This document shows, piece by piece, positions 1 through 12,578 of a stretch of DNA of 64,000 nt (positions within the stretch are counted from its first letter, which is position 1; each line of letters starts with the position of its first letter). A program made the translations under genes and the position numbers. The notes beneath the pieces were generated by a model. The model was not told the DNA's origin and did not search any database. It worked only from the letters and a program-made list of their open reading frames with translations. The DNA is taken from contig OZ316896.1 of the NCBI GenBank assembly GCA_973895155.1, positions 1,860,001 to 1,924,000 on the forward strand, in the 5' to 3' direction. Source of the stretch: Marsupella aquatica. Its lineage: Eukaryota > Plantae > Marchantiophyta.

Positions 1-1
1 C

Positions 2-1747
2 AAGGAGAACGGAGAAGAGGTCGTCTCACCGAAATTGGATCGCGTGTTTCATGGATCTGGAGGGACGAGAAAACTTTGGATGATCCTCACAACTTATGGA
101 TTTCTCCTGAGCATCATAACTTGTGTAATCCTTCTCGTTGATTCAGAAACCAGGCTGCAAACGGATCATCCACTGGTATTTCTAAGCTGGGGTCGGTGGT
201 GGAGACCGTCCACCAAACTCGGTACCACTGCAAATCCGAAAGACTGGCGCAATCTACTCGTGAACGAATCAAGCAACTACACGAGCACACTGACGAGTTT
301 GCTACGCGCAAACGCCACAATTAACTCGACCTGCCACGCTACCTCGACGAACCAAACGAAATTGGAAGGACTTCCGCAGCCGGTAAATGGGAAATTTTTC
401 TTTCAAACTGACGAGTTGCATCATCTGACTCTCGTTGCTTACAACAAAGACGGGGACCAACGATGTGCTGGCGGAGATTACTACGAGGTGAATCTCCGCG
501 ATCGAGAGAATGTGCGCTACAGATCACGGGTCCCCACGACGGATTTGGGGAATGGGAGCTATGGTCTGGAGCTGCTTGTCCCGTCTCGATTTGCTGGAGC
601 TTTCACCCTGGATATATTCCTCCTTTACGGCAACTGGCACGGCCTGGAGCAGGACACAGAACGATGGGTGAACAAGGGTTTAATACTGACCCAAGAACTG
701 GAAATGGCCGTCGGAGAAAATGTTGACAGCAACTCTCCCAAGGAACCCGCTATCAAACAGTGCACTCAAGCTGACTTTGATCGGACGACATGGCAGGGGC
801 GGTGGACTCGCACTTGGTTCAACAGCAGTTGCGAACCGGAGCGCTGGAGTTTGCGCTACCGGTGTCTGCCGGAAGAGCATTACTGGTGCGAGGAGCCTTG
901 GTGCTTTGGTCCCGTGGGTAACCTCGAAAGCAACGGTTGGCAGTACTCCGCTCATTGTAGCTTCAAGATCTTCGAGCGAGAAGAAGCTTGGAAATGTCTG
1001 GATGGAAAGTGGTTTCTGCTGTGGGGCGATTCTAACTTCCAGGATACTGCTCGGAACCTGCTGCTCTTCATCCTGGAATGGAGCTTACCGTTCCAGGAGA
1101 GATTGTCAGACTTTCAGCTGCCAAGGATTTACGATATGGGATTCACGAATTCGCATTCCTACGATCAATTTTTCCGAATCAGCCAACTCTTCAACGGAGC
1201 AAACAACGTTCGTCAGAACGGGGAGGGCCTGAACACTCTCATCAGGCATCAGGACCACCAAGAGCAACTGCTTGCTCATTTCAACGGTACCAAATGGCCC
1301 GACACCATCATCATGAACTCGGGGCTCCACGACGCGCACGCGTTCTCCACAATTGAAGCCTATTCTGAGGCTGCAGACTACGTGATTGAATTCTGGATGA
1401 AGCTGTACAACAGCCTACCAGAAGATCGAAGGCCTCGGCTGATCTGGCGAACTACCGTCGCGCCAGCCGGAACTTCTCGAGACATGCCAGGCAATCCCAT
1501 GAAAATGGAGATGCTCAACCACGTGATGGCAGAGAAATTACAGCGAGTGCACGATCGACTCCCCGTCAAGTTCGTCGATGGGTTCGATCTTACCTTCCCG
1601 TTCCATTACGACAACAATTTCAGCGATGGTGGCCACTACGGTCGTGCCCCAGGAGCAAATATTGGGCCTTGGTATCGGAGACCTCATTGGTATTTTGTGG
1701 ATATCATGGTTGCTCACAGTTTTCTGAACGCTCTTTGTCCGACGTAG
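2..1747 (+). CDS. Intronless type II membrane protein with Ig/filamin-like domain and C-terminal SGNH/PC-esterase domain (NXPE-like, TBL-related putative polysaccharide O-acyltransferase/esterase)
   Basis: The frame is open from position 2 to TAG at 1745-1747, so the true start may lie upstream. The first ATG is at 80. It has an N-terminal TM segment (TYGFLLSIITCVILLV), a GGDYYEV...DLGNGSY Ig-like motif, a WGDSN (GDS) motif and a C-terminal DGGH (DxxH) motif. Confidence 0.8.
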   Translation, partial: KENGEEVVSPKLDRVFHGSGGTRKLWMILTTYGFLLSIITCVILLVDSETRLQTDHPLVFLSWGRWWRPSTKLGTTANPKDWRNLLVNESSNYTSTLTSLLRANATINSTCHATSTNQTKLEGLPQPVNGKFFFQTDELHHLTLVAYNKDGDQRCAGGDYYEVNLRDRENVRYRSRVPTTDLGNGSYGLELLVPSRFAGAFTLDIFLLYGNWHGLEQDTERWVNKGLILTQELEMAVGENVDSNSPKEPAIKQCTQADFDRTTWQGRWTRTWFNSSCEPERWSLRYRCLPEEHYWCEEPWCFGPVGNLESNGWQYSAHCSFKIFEREEAWKCLDGKWFLLWGDSNFQDTARNLLLFILEWSLPFQERLSDFQLPRIYDMGFTNSHSYDQFFRISQLFNGANNVRQNGEGLNTLIRHQDHQEQLLAHFNGTKWPDTIIMNSGLHDAHAFSTIEAYSEAADYVIEFWMKLYNSLPEDRRPRLIWRTTVAPAGTSRDMPGNPMKMEMLNHVMAEKLQRVHDRLPVKFVDGFDLTFPFHYDNNFSDGGHYGRAPGANIGPWYRRPHWYFVDIMVAHSFLNALCPT

Positions 1748-3455
1748 CTCGACTTCCAGTCATCGACCTTTGAAAGTGAGCGAAGCTTCCCAACGTTTTG
1801 CCGGCCATGCTAGCGTATGATGGATAAACCCGAATGCTGTTTGGTAGTTCCTCACAATTTTTTGGGAAGACAGACGTTTAAGAAAGCTTTCTAGAGTAAT
1901 CTTTTAAGCAAAAATGTGCTAGTTTAGGGTTGCGTCCACGAAAAGCTTTGACTGAGTCCAAACCATCTTGCATTTTAGGGGCATTCTAATGTTTTGAGAA
2001 TTCTTGGCGAAAATAGAATGAGCAAGAGGTTTGGCACGCGTTCTAGTGGTAAAGGTCATCTATCTTGCAGAGTTTGTCCCGGGCTCGAGTGGATCAGTAG
2101 AAAATGCTGTGCAGTCTCCGGAAACCAAACAGCAATTGGACGTCTAGTGCAAAGGTATGGACCAATGTTAACGAGTTTAGCGCGAACGGGCAATTTTCCC
2201 CGATTCTTTCTGTAACGATTCAAAACAGATAGTTACAATGGCAGAAAGACTAATAAGCAAGTTATGAGATGCGTGACCACGACATCCTTTGACTTCATCT
2301 GCTTGGCAGCAGTATCGGGAGGCCTGCGTACAGTAGACTCCTAGAACTATCTAACAGGCTGTTTAATTTGAGACCTGTGACTGTGGCGCTGAAAGTCATC
2401 AGTCTGTCCATGCTCTTGTTGAATCCGGCCGGTTGACTCCAAAATGTCTCATTGATCATTGGACCGTGAGGCTATCAGTAACGTAGCGGATGTTTTGCTT
2501 GAGCCAAGGTTGGCTGACATTCGAGACTTCAGCTTTGTTGTAAATCTCTTGTTTGGCCATTTGAATTAATTGTTCTGAAACAAAAAGTTAGCCTGAGAAT
2601 GAAGTAGGTGTAAAATATTGTAGGGTGCATTTGTCAGAGATCATTGGTGTAAAACAAGAAGTTTCGTTCGATACAAGCTCAAAGAGCTGGATACAGCAGC
2701 CTTCACAAGCTCATGACTTCAACAATGGGCACTGTAACTTGCGGGATCGAGAACTCCCGAGTATAGACTAAAGCTCTTTCGCAGCCAGGAGCTTGTCTTC
2801 AATTGTTGCACAGGAAATGGAGTATTCTTGTGTTCTCTCTCGTCGTTTCATGTGTTCGAGAGCAACATTAATTGCATATTCTTCGGACTGAAGTAGGAGA
2901 GCGACAGTGTACCCCTTCGCTCCCAAATTACAATCTGAGAAAGGTAATTTGTATAAGCTAGCACGATTTGATTACGTTGAATGACTTGATGGCTAGTGTC
3001 CAGTAGTTCAACTCAAGCAAGCCCCCTTATTTGCAAGTTCGTTGACAGGAGGGAGAGTTCATCTGTTACGCTACTTTAGCTCAGCATGAGTACTGTACAG
3101 CGTCCTACTGTGTTCTATCTCCTACGCCACTGTTGCGATGGCCAAGGCTGCGCCCCATGCCGATTCGGTCGCTGATAATTACTGTGGTATGGTTCCGTGT
3201 CCTCGGTCCGATGCATCGTAGATCAAAGGCGGACTACTTTGTTGATCGAGTCCGTTGCGGACAAAGGGTTGACCCGGGTCCGATCTTTGATTTAAAAACT
3301 ATACTCACCTGGTACTGGACTACTGGAGGAAGAAATTGTGTCGGTCGAATAGGATGGGGACGGGTCTTCCTGATTTGTGATTGTGGCCCACTGGCCGATG
3401 CGGCGAAGTCGAGGCGGGGAATCCTCACCTCGTGAACGAACAAATTAGCAGAAAG

Positions 3456-3596
3456 ACCTATTTGTAGCTAGGAGGAAACTTGATTGTTAAATAACACATT
3501 GACGGACCAAAAGAGAAGTGAGAAAAACCTATTTGTAGCTAGAAGGAAACTTGATTGTTAAACAACACATTGACGGACCAAAAGAGAAGTGAGAAG
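3456..3596. repeat. Tandem duplication, 2 x 71 bp
   Basis: acctatttgtagcta..gacggaccaaaagagaagtgagaa starts at 3456 and 3527, near-identical. Confidence 0.9.
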
Positions 3597-4227
3597 CTTC
3601 TGGTTTGGGCTATCTCAAATTTGCTTCTGGTTTGGGCCACACTCTTTTTGCTTCTAAACTCAACTTAATACAAATCAAGATTTCTTACAAAATCAAACAT
3701 TTCTAAGCATAAAAACAAAACATCCCAAATTTGGACTAGTGAATTGTCATAAAAATAAAGAAATAAGACTCTTTGTATCATCAGTTTCTATGGAGGAAAT
3801 ACAAAATTTGATACATAGTATCATATTTTACATTCCTTAAAAAGTAGATTTCCCTTGGAATGGTTTTTTGTTTATATAATTTTAACCGTGAAAACCCCAC
3901 GGGGAAGGGGGAAACAAGCAGCCCAAAAAAGGAACACAAAGGGGAAAAGCAACCAAACTCCCTCCAGGGGCCAGAGGCGGATTAATTTATGGGTTTAAAA
4001 ATAAATCATGTTTTCAAGGGTGAGTTTTGTGTACCTACAACAACCCATGATCCATCAATCATGATTGGTATTTGGTTTGCAGGTTTTAACAGTGCAACAA
4101 TGTTAGTCCATACTTGTGGGGGCACAATCAATGCTTCTTAGTTAGCTTAACCAGTTCTGAATTAAAATAACTGAAATTTGGTTTTGACAAAAACCTTCAT
4201 TTCGTATCACCATGTTTTGCAAAAATG

Positions 4228-4245
4228 AGGGTTTAGGGTTTAGGG
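4228..4245 (+). repeat. Interstitial plant telomere repeat / telo-box (TTTAGGG x2.5)
   Basis: agggtttagggtttaggg. Confidence 0.7.
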
Positions 4246-4484
4246 TCCTTCAACATGTTAAATCCGGTTACGTCATCTCGTAACTCTATTCAGCTCCAAA
4301 CATTCGTATGAAGTACAATAGACGAGCAGACAGTGCCCTCGAGCACTCTAAGCTGTTTGATAGAATGTCAATATTCTAATTTTTCCTAAGGCATGCTGTT
4401 TCATAGAATGTAATCTTTCTAAATTTGTTCAGGCAAAATAACTCCGCCTTCCTTGTAATATTTGATAGCTAACTACCTATGCTT

Positions 4485-4760
4485 GCACAAAAGATATCAA
4501 GGTGAGAAAAAGATATAAAGGTGAGTAAAGATCTAGAGCCTCCACAAAAGATATCAAGGTCAATAAAGATGTCAATGTAGGAAAATAATTGTGACATGAG
4601 AAAAAGATGTGGAGGAGAGAGAAAACTATGTGTAGGAGAGACAAGATGTTAAGATGAGACAAAATGTGAAGGTAATGAAAGATGTTGGGGCCAAAAAATA
4701 TGTCAAAATGAGAAAATATGTCAAAGCAAGGCAAGAAAAATAATGTAAGCTTCATGAGAT
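4485..4760. repeat. Degenerate purine-rich minisatellite, about 18-21 bp unit
   Basis: Recurrent gaga(a/c)aa(g/t)atgt.aag unit. The minus-strand ORF 4477-4755 only reflects this periodicity. Confidence 0.6.
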
Positions 4761-5665
4761 AGTTGTCGAGACATGTTATGTATCATCCAAGCCATATAGT
4801 TATTGTGATTATGTTCAGCACCTGTGTGTTGCACATAAGATGTCTTTGCATAAAACTAAGATCTTGTGGAAAATAGGTAGCTGCCTAAACGATGCCGTTG
4901 CCTCAAAAGCTGGTGTGGCCCAGCCGAGGAAGGACAAAAATCTATTTTAGTACAAATTTAGAGGTCCACCTACACAAAAGTATGGGAATATATAGTTTAG
5001 CTAGGATGGGATTTCATTTCTAGTTAAAAACTTTAATCATGAAAAATGAAAAAAAAGTATAATTGTTTGTATAAAAGATATCACCCCACATCAAACAATT
5101 AGTTTGAGTTGTACCCCTTGGTTATGTAAGCTTCTTTTATTGAACTATTTGGAGCCATGAAGAGTTGCACATTGGAATAGACACATGAGTGGACAAAGAT
5201 TAAATTAATGGAGGATTCTAATTGAATTAAATTTTAAAAGAAGTTAGGACAATTTTATTGAAGACAAATAGGAGTACATTCATGGTAATAAGACTATAAT
5301 TCTCCATGCAAAATGTTTCCCTTAGTACCTCTATGTCTATACAATATATATAACATTCCAAAATTATAGTTCAATCATGCAAATTATTATTTTCTCCATA
5401 GTAGTTGAAAGGTCTTAGAGTCCATTGATATTCTTCTACCCATACTAGTTATGGTGTTTCTTACTGTCCTTTGCTTGGTACTCTCTATCCATAGTGGCCA
5501 AAGCGTTTTTTAAATTACCTTGGTAAATGTTAGAGAAGTTGAAAAGATTTTTGGGTTTTTTATGTTACCTTGGTAAATCTTAGAGTAGTTATATAGATTT
5601 CTTTACTTACCTAATGGTTCTTGTTTGTGACAAATCATGTTGATGTGGTTGCACCTACATCCAGC

Positions 5666-5998
5666 CTATTCATTAAAAATGTATTTTATTTTGTTCATTT
5701 TTAGGCCTCTAAATGTTCACTTTTTGGTCTCTAAATGTACACTTTTTAAACCCAAATAGTACACTATGGTACAATACTCTACACCTAAATGATCAATTGT
5801 AAACTTGAGGGGGCAAAAATGATCTTGACTATAAGGAGTACTCTCATCCTAATTCATTTACAAAGGATGAACATGGTGGTACATTTGATGGCCATCAACT
5901 TAATTTTTGTCCAATTGTACACTTTTTGAAGGCCAAATGTACACTTTCTATTGCCCAAATGTTCATAAATTGAATAATAATTCATTTTTAATGAATAG
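5666..5998. mobile_element. MITE-like element, about 333 bp
   Basis: Perfect 16-bp inverted repeats ctattcattaaaaatg (5666-5681) / catttttaatgaatag (5983-5998). Internal repeated aaatgtacacttttt motif. No clear TSD. Confidence 0.65.
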
Positions 5999-7602
5999 AT
6001 TGATAGTCAGGAGTTTTGGAAGAAACTTCCCATTGGGGTCCATAAAAATTTGATGAAAATGTATACTAAAAAATTGCACTTCAGTCTTGACGTGCAATGG
6101 TCAATAAACAATACAATGAATAGTGACTAATTAATTAGTTTTGACCACTTTTGTTTCATGAGAGAGACTTGGAGAGAGCGATAACAGTCACTTCCTGTAT
6201 GAGAGATCCCTATTGTAATTCGGGACTTCCTGTATGGGCGATTCATATAGTGATTTTTGGTATATTTTCCCACCAAGATTGCAACAAAGGTCTCTAAAAA
6301 ATGCACACAAATGTGTCATTTAAAGGTGTTAAATATTTTGCACATAACATTGTTCTAACGATGAACTTTACATCCAATTGAAATTAACACTTCAAATTGG
6401 TTTTCCACTGATGGATCAACTTTTTACCTGAGGCCTTCACCTAGAAAATAGATCCCCTCCTCTGTATTAGTAAAACAGAGGAGTACATTGAAACAATCCC
6501 AAGCTGGCCTACCTGGCTAGATTAGTCAGGTCCAATTTTATAGTGCCATTCTGGCTTTTGATCAACCAATTGTATGCACACAACACTCTGTAGATCAATT
6601 AGGTCCAATTCAACATAATGTAGTTTTGGACTGGATCAATTAATTGTAGGCAGGGAACAGTATATAGTTTCCTAGTACTAGCAAAATAAACAAACTAGGC
6701 CATATATATATATTCAAACCCCAAAATGAATGTATACATACAGTTGTGAAACTCGACTACCCTATCATTTAGTTCTGGTGTGTCGCTGACTACAACACCG
6801 AGCTATTCTATGGTCTAGGCCTCCAGCAGGCCATTTGGTGGAGACTAAGTACATGGAGACTTGTGGACAATGAAACCTTATGCTAACCTTGGTAGTTAGA
6901 GCAGATTGGACTGTGATTCACAGTTGCCAGTGGACGTATTCTCAACAGCTAACATAATTATACCCACCATGCAGATCAGGAACAGACGGGGCCAATTAGT
7001 CAAAATTTGAATAACAGTGGTTTAGCTGAACTGTTAGGAAGTGGTTTAGCTAAACTGTTAGGGAAGCAGGAATGGTGCAAACATGAATGCCTCCATTCCG
7101 CTCGGACATAGTGTTATAGCGGATCCATCCTGGTAATATGTCATTGAAAAGGTGACAATCAAGTTTCCAACGAGAAAATCCAATTGCAAGATGTAGGAAA
7201 GTGATTTCAATAAAAGAATTACATCAAAAGAAAACTAGATGTGAACCTTGACAGGTTTTAAAGGTTAAATGGGGGCTTGACTTGAACTACAATAAAGAAA
7301 TCCTGAAAAATATCATCAGAACCTGTCATGATAACAATTACAAAGGCTTCGAAATCATGAGCTTTTCTAAGTAATTGTTAGACCCAATTACGTCAGTAGA
7401 ACTGTGAAGTCCAATTTCAGCTCAAGGGTTAATCAGGCGTGTTCGATTTTGAAGGGACTGAAAAGCTGGACAGCAAATACACCTTTCAATATGGGAAGGC
7501 TAAATTCGTGGAGGGGCCATGTGAATGTTCACGAGTCAGCTATGCAAATCAACAGTTCAAGATATTAGAAGAAAGACCACCCTTTCATTTTACCCATATT
7601 GA

Positions 7603-7942
7603 CCCACAGTGAGCATACCTATCAATCTGCCTTTCCTAAATTAAGCACCTCGTCATAAGGGTGCACTAGGCAAAAGTCGCGTTCAAAGATTTATTACAAG
7701 CGCTGAATCCATTCACCTGGATTTACAAACAGCCTCGTTTGAAAAGCTACCGCTTTCACCACCAAATAAGACGCATTATTTGAACCACAATGAGTACATC
7801 TGTCAACCTACCTTTTTTAGATCAAGCACCTCCTCATAAAGGTGCACTCAGGTAACTTGCGTACAATATTTATTACAAGAACTCAATACATTCACCTGGA
7901 TTTACAAACGGCCCGTTTGAAAGCTGCAAGCCTTTTACCAAC
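7603..7942. repeat. Diverged tandem duplication, 2 x about 181 bp, downstream of the MIF-like gene
   Basis: Shared blocks aagcacctc.tcataa.ggtgcact, tttattacaag and cattcacctggatttacaaac occur in both copies. Confidence 0.8.
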
Positions 7943-8167
7943 CTTTAAAACTCCTTGGATGGCAATCAAATGAAAGGCATGTGTTTTAAGTGCTAGCTCA
8001 CCTGCAGTGTCTCACTACACGATTACAACTACATTAGACAATAATCCAGTATCTTGAATTGCTCAGTAAAATTGAAATGTGCCTGTGCTCGTCCTTACTA
8101 GCCTTAGGCACACCTCGAACACGTTCTCTACTCACTGTACAAGCAACTTGGCTCCATCATGTCGGTC

Positions 8168-10456
8168 TTAGAAGGTCGCGCCCTTCCAACCCATGTCACT
8201 TCCCTACAAAACAAAGATAATACCACATATCACAAGCACAATCAGAATCGAACCCAACAAACGACGCTGGATTCGATAAAAATGAAAATCATAGAGTGAT
8301 TGTCCAAACATTCTGAAGAAGCTAGACGACTTGTTCTGATTACTTTCCAACCCCCACTTCTCAAATCCGATAAACCTTCTTCCTGTAGAACTTAAACGTG
8401 ATCCGTGACTCAAACTCCATAATCGTTAAGCGTCCTTCGGCAGAGACTTTCGTTATAATTCAAAGACCCCAGAAGAATTTATTTACATGAGATCGGAATG
8501 AATGGGAACCTGTTACAGGATAACTAATAATCACTGAGGTACATTCTGACACCAAAGACAATTGAGGTTGTGAACACGACCTACTGAGTGATTGAAATCA
8601 AGTAAGAAGAATAGTTACAGGCCGGGTGCCTCTTTTGCAGATTTGTGTCATGATTGAGAACAACAATCGAAAAACTCTGCTTCCTAATTCTCCAAGTAGA
8701 ATAGCAGAAGGAGCAAAAACTAGAGCCATAACAAGAAAAGTCACTTCATCTAGTACAACCACACAAAGCGCCTTTTGAGAGGACGACTGAAAAGGCTTTT
8801 GAGTCAAGGATTTACTTTCTATCGTTGAGGAGAAATGGATCACCTGCATGCATAATCTCTAAAGGTCCTTTAGCATCAAACTTACCACATGCACAAGTGA
8901 TCGAGTGAACACAAAACTGATGACTTCTCAATGCAAAGGTCCTCCTAGCTACTGATGGAGGGCATGCATGCATAAGTTGCTCTGAGATTCATGTGAATGC
9001 GCCTGCCCCCAATTCCAAACCACATAGATTACAACGCAACAATCAAGATTTTAGGATTTTTTGGAGCCTCTTAGTAGACTGCCACCGGCTAAAATCCAAT
9101 GTTTCTTAACCATTAACAGACACTTAATGGAGTGCTTCGCAAGCCCATCCGGACTTCAGAGGACTTTACCTCGTCTATTCAAATGTCGTTCTCTTGACAA
9201 CCGAGCGTCAACCGACTGATCAAATTATAATTGGGGAGACTTTTATTACGATAGTTCTTCCTAGAGAATGCATGGCAGCAGGGACAAGTAAAGCGAGATC
9301 TAGAATTCTGGTCACGCTAACCTTGACATCGTCGAATTTGATGTAGAACCGAGATGGCGGAACAGACAGTTTTGATTCCAATATTTCGGAGATGGCAGCA
9401 CTGACTTTCTTGTTGTTGGCTGGATTTATGCCACCGATTGAAATCAGCTCCCCATAAGCAGCAGGTTCCTCAGTCCCTCCAAATGATATCGGAATACCTC
9501 CCCTTAATATGATAAGGACGTACTGCATCGCAAAGTCCATTTTACTTTAGTCTCAAGAGAATTTTGGCATCATAAGTCCCAGTCTCATTACTTGAAACCA
9601 AGTAAAATTTTAGTAGTTGCCTTGGAGACGCTTCTCTCTCGGTATCTTCTCGGACCAACGCAATAGAAGAACTTTGATAACCTAGCTCTCCGAATAAGAT
9701 GAACCGAAATTCGAGTCACCACTTCGGATGGACATTAATGTTCCATTGCAAAATACGTGAGAACATGAGCCGAGAGACACAAAGGAATGATAAACGTTAG
9801 TCTTGGAGAGTACAAAAGACGAACATATTTGTGCTTTGGAAGGTCCATTCTTCCAGTACAATTCCCTGTTCGAAAAACTTAAAACCTTTCCATGCTGAAG
9901 CAAGCAACAATTCGACTAGCACAACTTGTCAAAAGACGCGCAAAGGAGGATAGACAGTTGAATAGGAATTTTGATCATTTTCTGTGCTTCCTTTGAACGA
10001 AATACTAACGGCATGCTGCACCAACCCCAGTGGACAGAAGTACAGGACAGCATGAACTATTGACTGACGACGAGAGGTACTGCTCACTCCCTTTCAACTT
10101 AATCCAGACCAAATACAGCTGTGCGAGCTTCAAAGATGGAGATAGAGATGAACGTCACAGAGCCTTACAACAAGCAGTCTTCGAGAGCGAACAAGTACAG
10201 CAGGCATGATGCCTGCTTGGAATCGAAGGATGAAGAAAGAGAATCACATCCACTCCCTCAAAAGAAATCCCCACTTTTCAAGTGGCCAAAACGAAGCAAG
10301 CGAAGACAGAGGAAAGCGGTCCATCCAGGCAGAGCGGAAACTTACAGATTCCGGTTTCCCGAGGATTCGAGCAACGGCCTTGCTCGCGTCCTTGAGGATG
10401 TCCGACGTGACCACACCATCCAAGGGCACGTTCGTCAGCACATTCAATGTCGGCAT
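8168..10456 (-). CDS. MDL: MIF / D-dopachrome tautomerase-like protein (MDL), 115 aa, 3 exons
   Basis: Exons 10456-10346 (MPTLNVLTNVP...GKPES), 9522-9322 (YVLII..FGGTEEPAAYGELISIGG..SRFYIKFDDVK) and 8203-8168 (GSDMGWKGATF*). All introns GT-AG, phase 0. Catalytic N-terminal Pro present. Confidence 0.93.
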
Positions 10457-10744
10457 GGCTGCTGCTGTTCCTGTTCCTCCTCCTCCGTGCCTTCTCTTCG
10501 CTTCCCTTCCCTTCCCTTCCCTTCCTGTCACTCCCGCACTACTCTCCCTCGCTCCACTTGTAATCAGCCACCCGCACTGCGTTCAGTAATCTCCAATCTC
10601 CCCGTGATTGATGAAGTGGGCAATGTGTTTCGAGAGGAGGGGATGATGCTCGGAGTTGGAGAATCACATTATCAGACAGAGGAGAGGAGAGATATCTGTA
10701 TCAGACTGCCAAACAAGAATGCGCCAAAGCGACAAACAGGACCC

Positions 10745-11720
10745 CAAGGGCACGAGACCCAATGCAGTGTCTCAAACCAAAGGGCAGAAGACCCAATTGA
10801 CCCAATAGGGGTGTCAAACCAGTGGCATAAACAAGGTCAAATATTTTTTAATTTTTATTACTATTATTATTTTTTGGTTAATACCTTTTTTTGGTTTTTT
10901 TTTTGGGGTGGGGGGGGAGGGGCGAGACCCCAAAAACAACAAGGTCAAATATTACAGTGCAAAAGGACAAAAACACCTAACTGGGAGACACCAGTGGCAT
11001 AAACAAGGTCATATATTACACTGCAAAAGAACAAAAACACCAAAAAGGGAAAGAACAAAAACACCAGAAAGGGAGACAGAGAGGGTCCAAAGGCAAAGCA
11101 ACCCATGAAGGGAAAAGGGAGGGGAAAAAGCCAGAGAAGACCTCCTAGGCCCAACAAGCCTGGGAGTCCCCCACAACCAAATGGGACAACCAACCAAAGA
11201 TTCCACTAAGTGGCCTAGAAGACCAACACCCTACTGGGCAGAGAAATGAAAAGTCTGGTAGAGCTCTGAAGTAAAACGCATAGGAGGGTCACAAAGTGGA
11301 ATCTGTCTAGCGGCCCTCACCACGGCACCCCAGCTGACACACCCACCAAGAAAATAAATGGAGTGGAGGAGGGCCGGCCGCCTGCATGGCCACTCCTTGC
11401 TGGAAGGCCAAAGGCGGAGGGTAGGCCAAGGCCGACAACCTCCCCACCAAGCGTGAGGGGAGAGGGGAGGCCTCATTAGTGTCTCTCGCCTGGCACGAGG
11501 TGGAGGCTCCCCTTTCTCATCCCCTTACCACTCCGCTCCTGCGTCACCTAGTGGCAGACGGTTGTGACTTTTTGGAGGTCAGATCATTACGGAAGCATGT
11601 GTACAGGTCCCCAGTAAGGTTTTTGTCCAGACCTTATAACTGTTTTATGTCCTTGGCTGTATTCAATATGGCCCAATGCAAGTCTCAAACCAAGGGCAAG
11701 AGACCCAATCCCGGACCCAA
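10745..11720 (-). mobile_element. Remnant of a probable non-LTR (LINE-like) retroelement 3' end
   Basis: Degenerate ORF ending QIPLCDPPMRFTSELYQTFHFSAQ*, then a T-rich 3' UTR-like segment and an A-rich tail on the minus strand. Homologous to copies near 20.0-20.3, 39.6-39.9 and 40.4-40.6 kb. The class assignment is inference. Confidence 0.55.
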
Positions 11721-12578
11721 TACGGGGTCTCAAAACTAGTTCATGATCTAGTAACGCCCTATGGAAATCAAGTTAGTCAGTAGAGAAGTTATGGACTGCC
11801 TAAAATGGCAGTGGATAAGTGTTACTGACATGTTTTAACATCTTCTGAGGGGGCAGACCATGACCACCAAACCTGACTTTTGATACTCCCCTTGACAAGT
11901 GTTACTGCTGTACCTTAACTTCTTCATAGGGGGCGGATGGTGACCACCAAACCCGCCATCAAAACTTTTGAGAGGCCCTAGTAAAGGGCATCTTGAACCA
12001 ACTGTTCTGTGGAGGTTTCATTTGACCAGAATGCTTAGGGCCGGGCCGGGGTTTTAAGAATCTGTGGTTCCCAAAAAGTGCTACCGCCAACCCAACGGCC
12101 AATAACTTGGGTGGTCAGTGCACAAGCATTTGCATCTGAAATAGATAGGCACAAATGCATTTGTACCCAAGAATTACCGAATTCAAAAATTTGATGATGC
12201 TGAGTCAACCTCTGGTCAGGTGTTGTGATCCATCTCAAACCGACATGAAAGTTTGAGAGGAAACTGATGGATTCACATCGAACCAAAACCCCAGGAACCG
12301 AAACCCAGGAAAGTTTCCATCGTTTCGAGAGTTTCCTCGGGCCAGACATGCTCTCCCAGACCAGATAGACACTTCAAATTGACCATGCTCTGTTCTTGTA
12401 TGTGGAGCCAGAGATTAGCTCTCCCAGACCAGATATACACTTGTGTGTATGTTGACTTTAATCCTGCCCTATTTTCTGTTCAAAACTCAATATTAATTTA
12501 ATCTTTGCCTAAATTTTGGTTGGTTGGTAATTTGGATGCTCCTTATCTAGGGCAACTAAGTGGCAAGAAGCTAAGATC

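Noticed and set aside
2828-2850. miR535-like sequence (gtgttctctctcgtcgtttca)
   Set aside because: Several mismatches or indels to miR535 as I recall it, and no complementary arm forming a precursor.
10121-11002. 293-aa plus-strand ORF
   Set aside because: It is antisense to MDL exon 1 and runs through a (CTTCC)n microsatellite and a repeat remnant. GTG start, low complexity, no domain.
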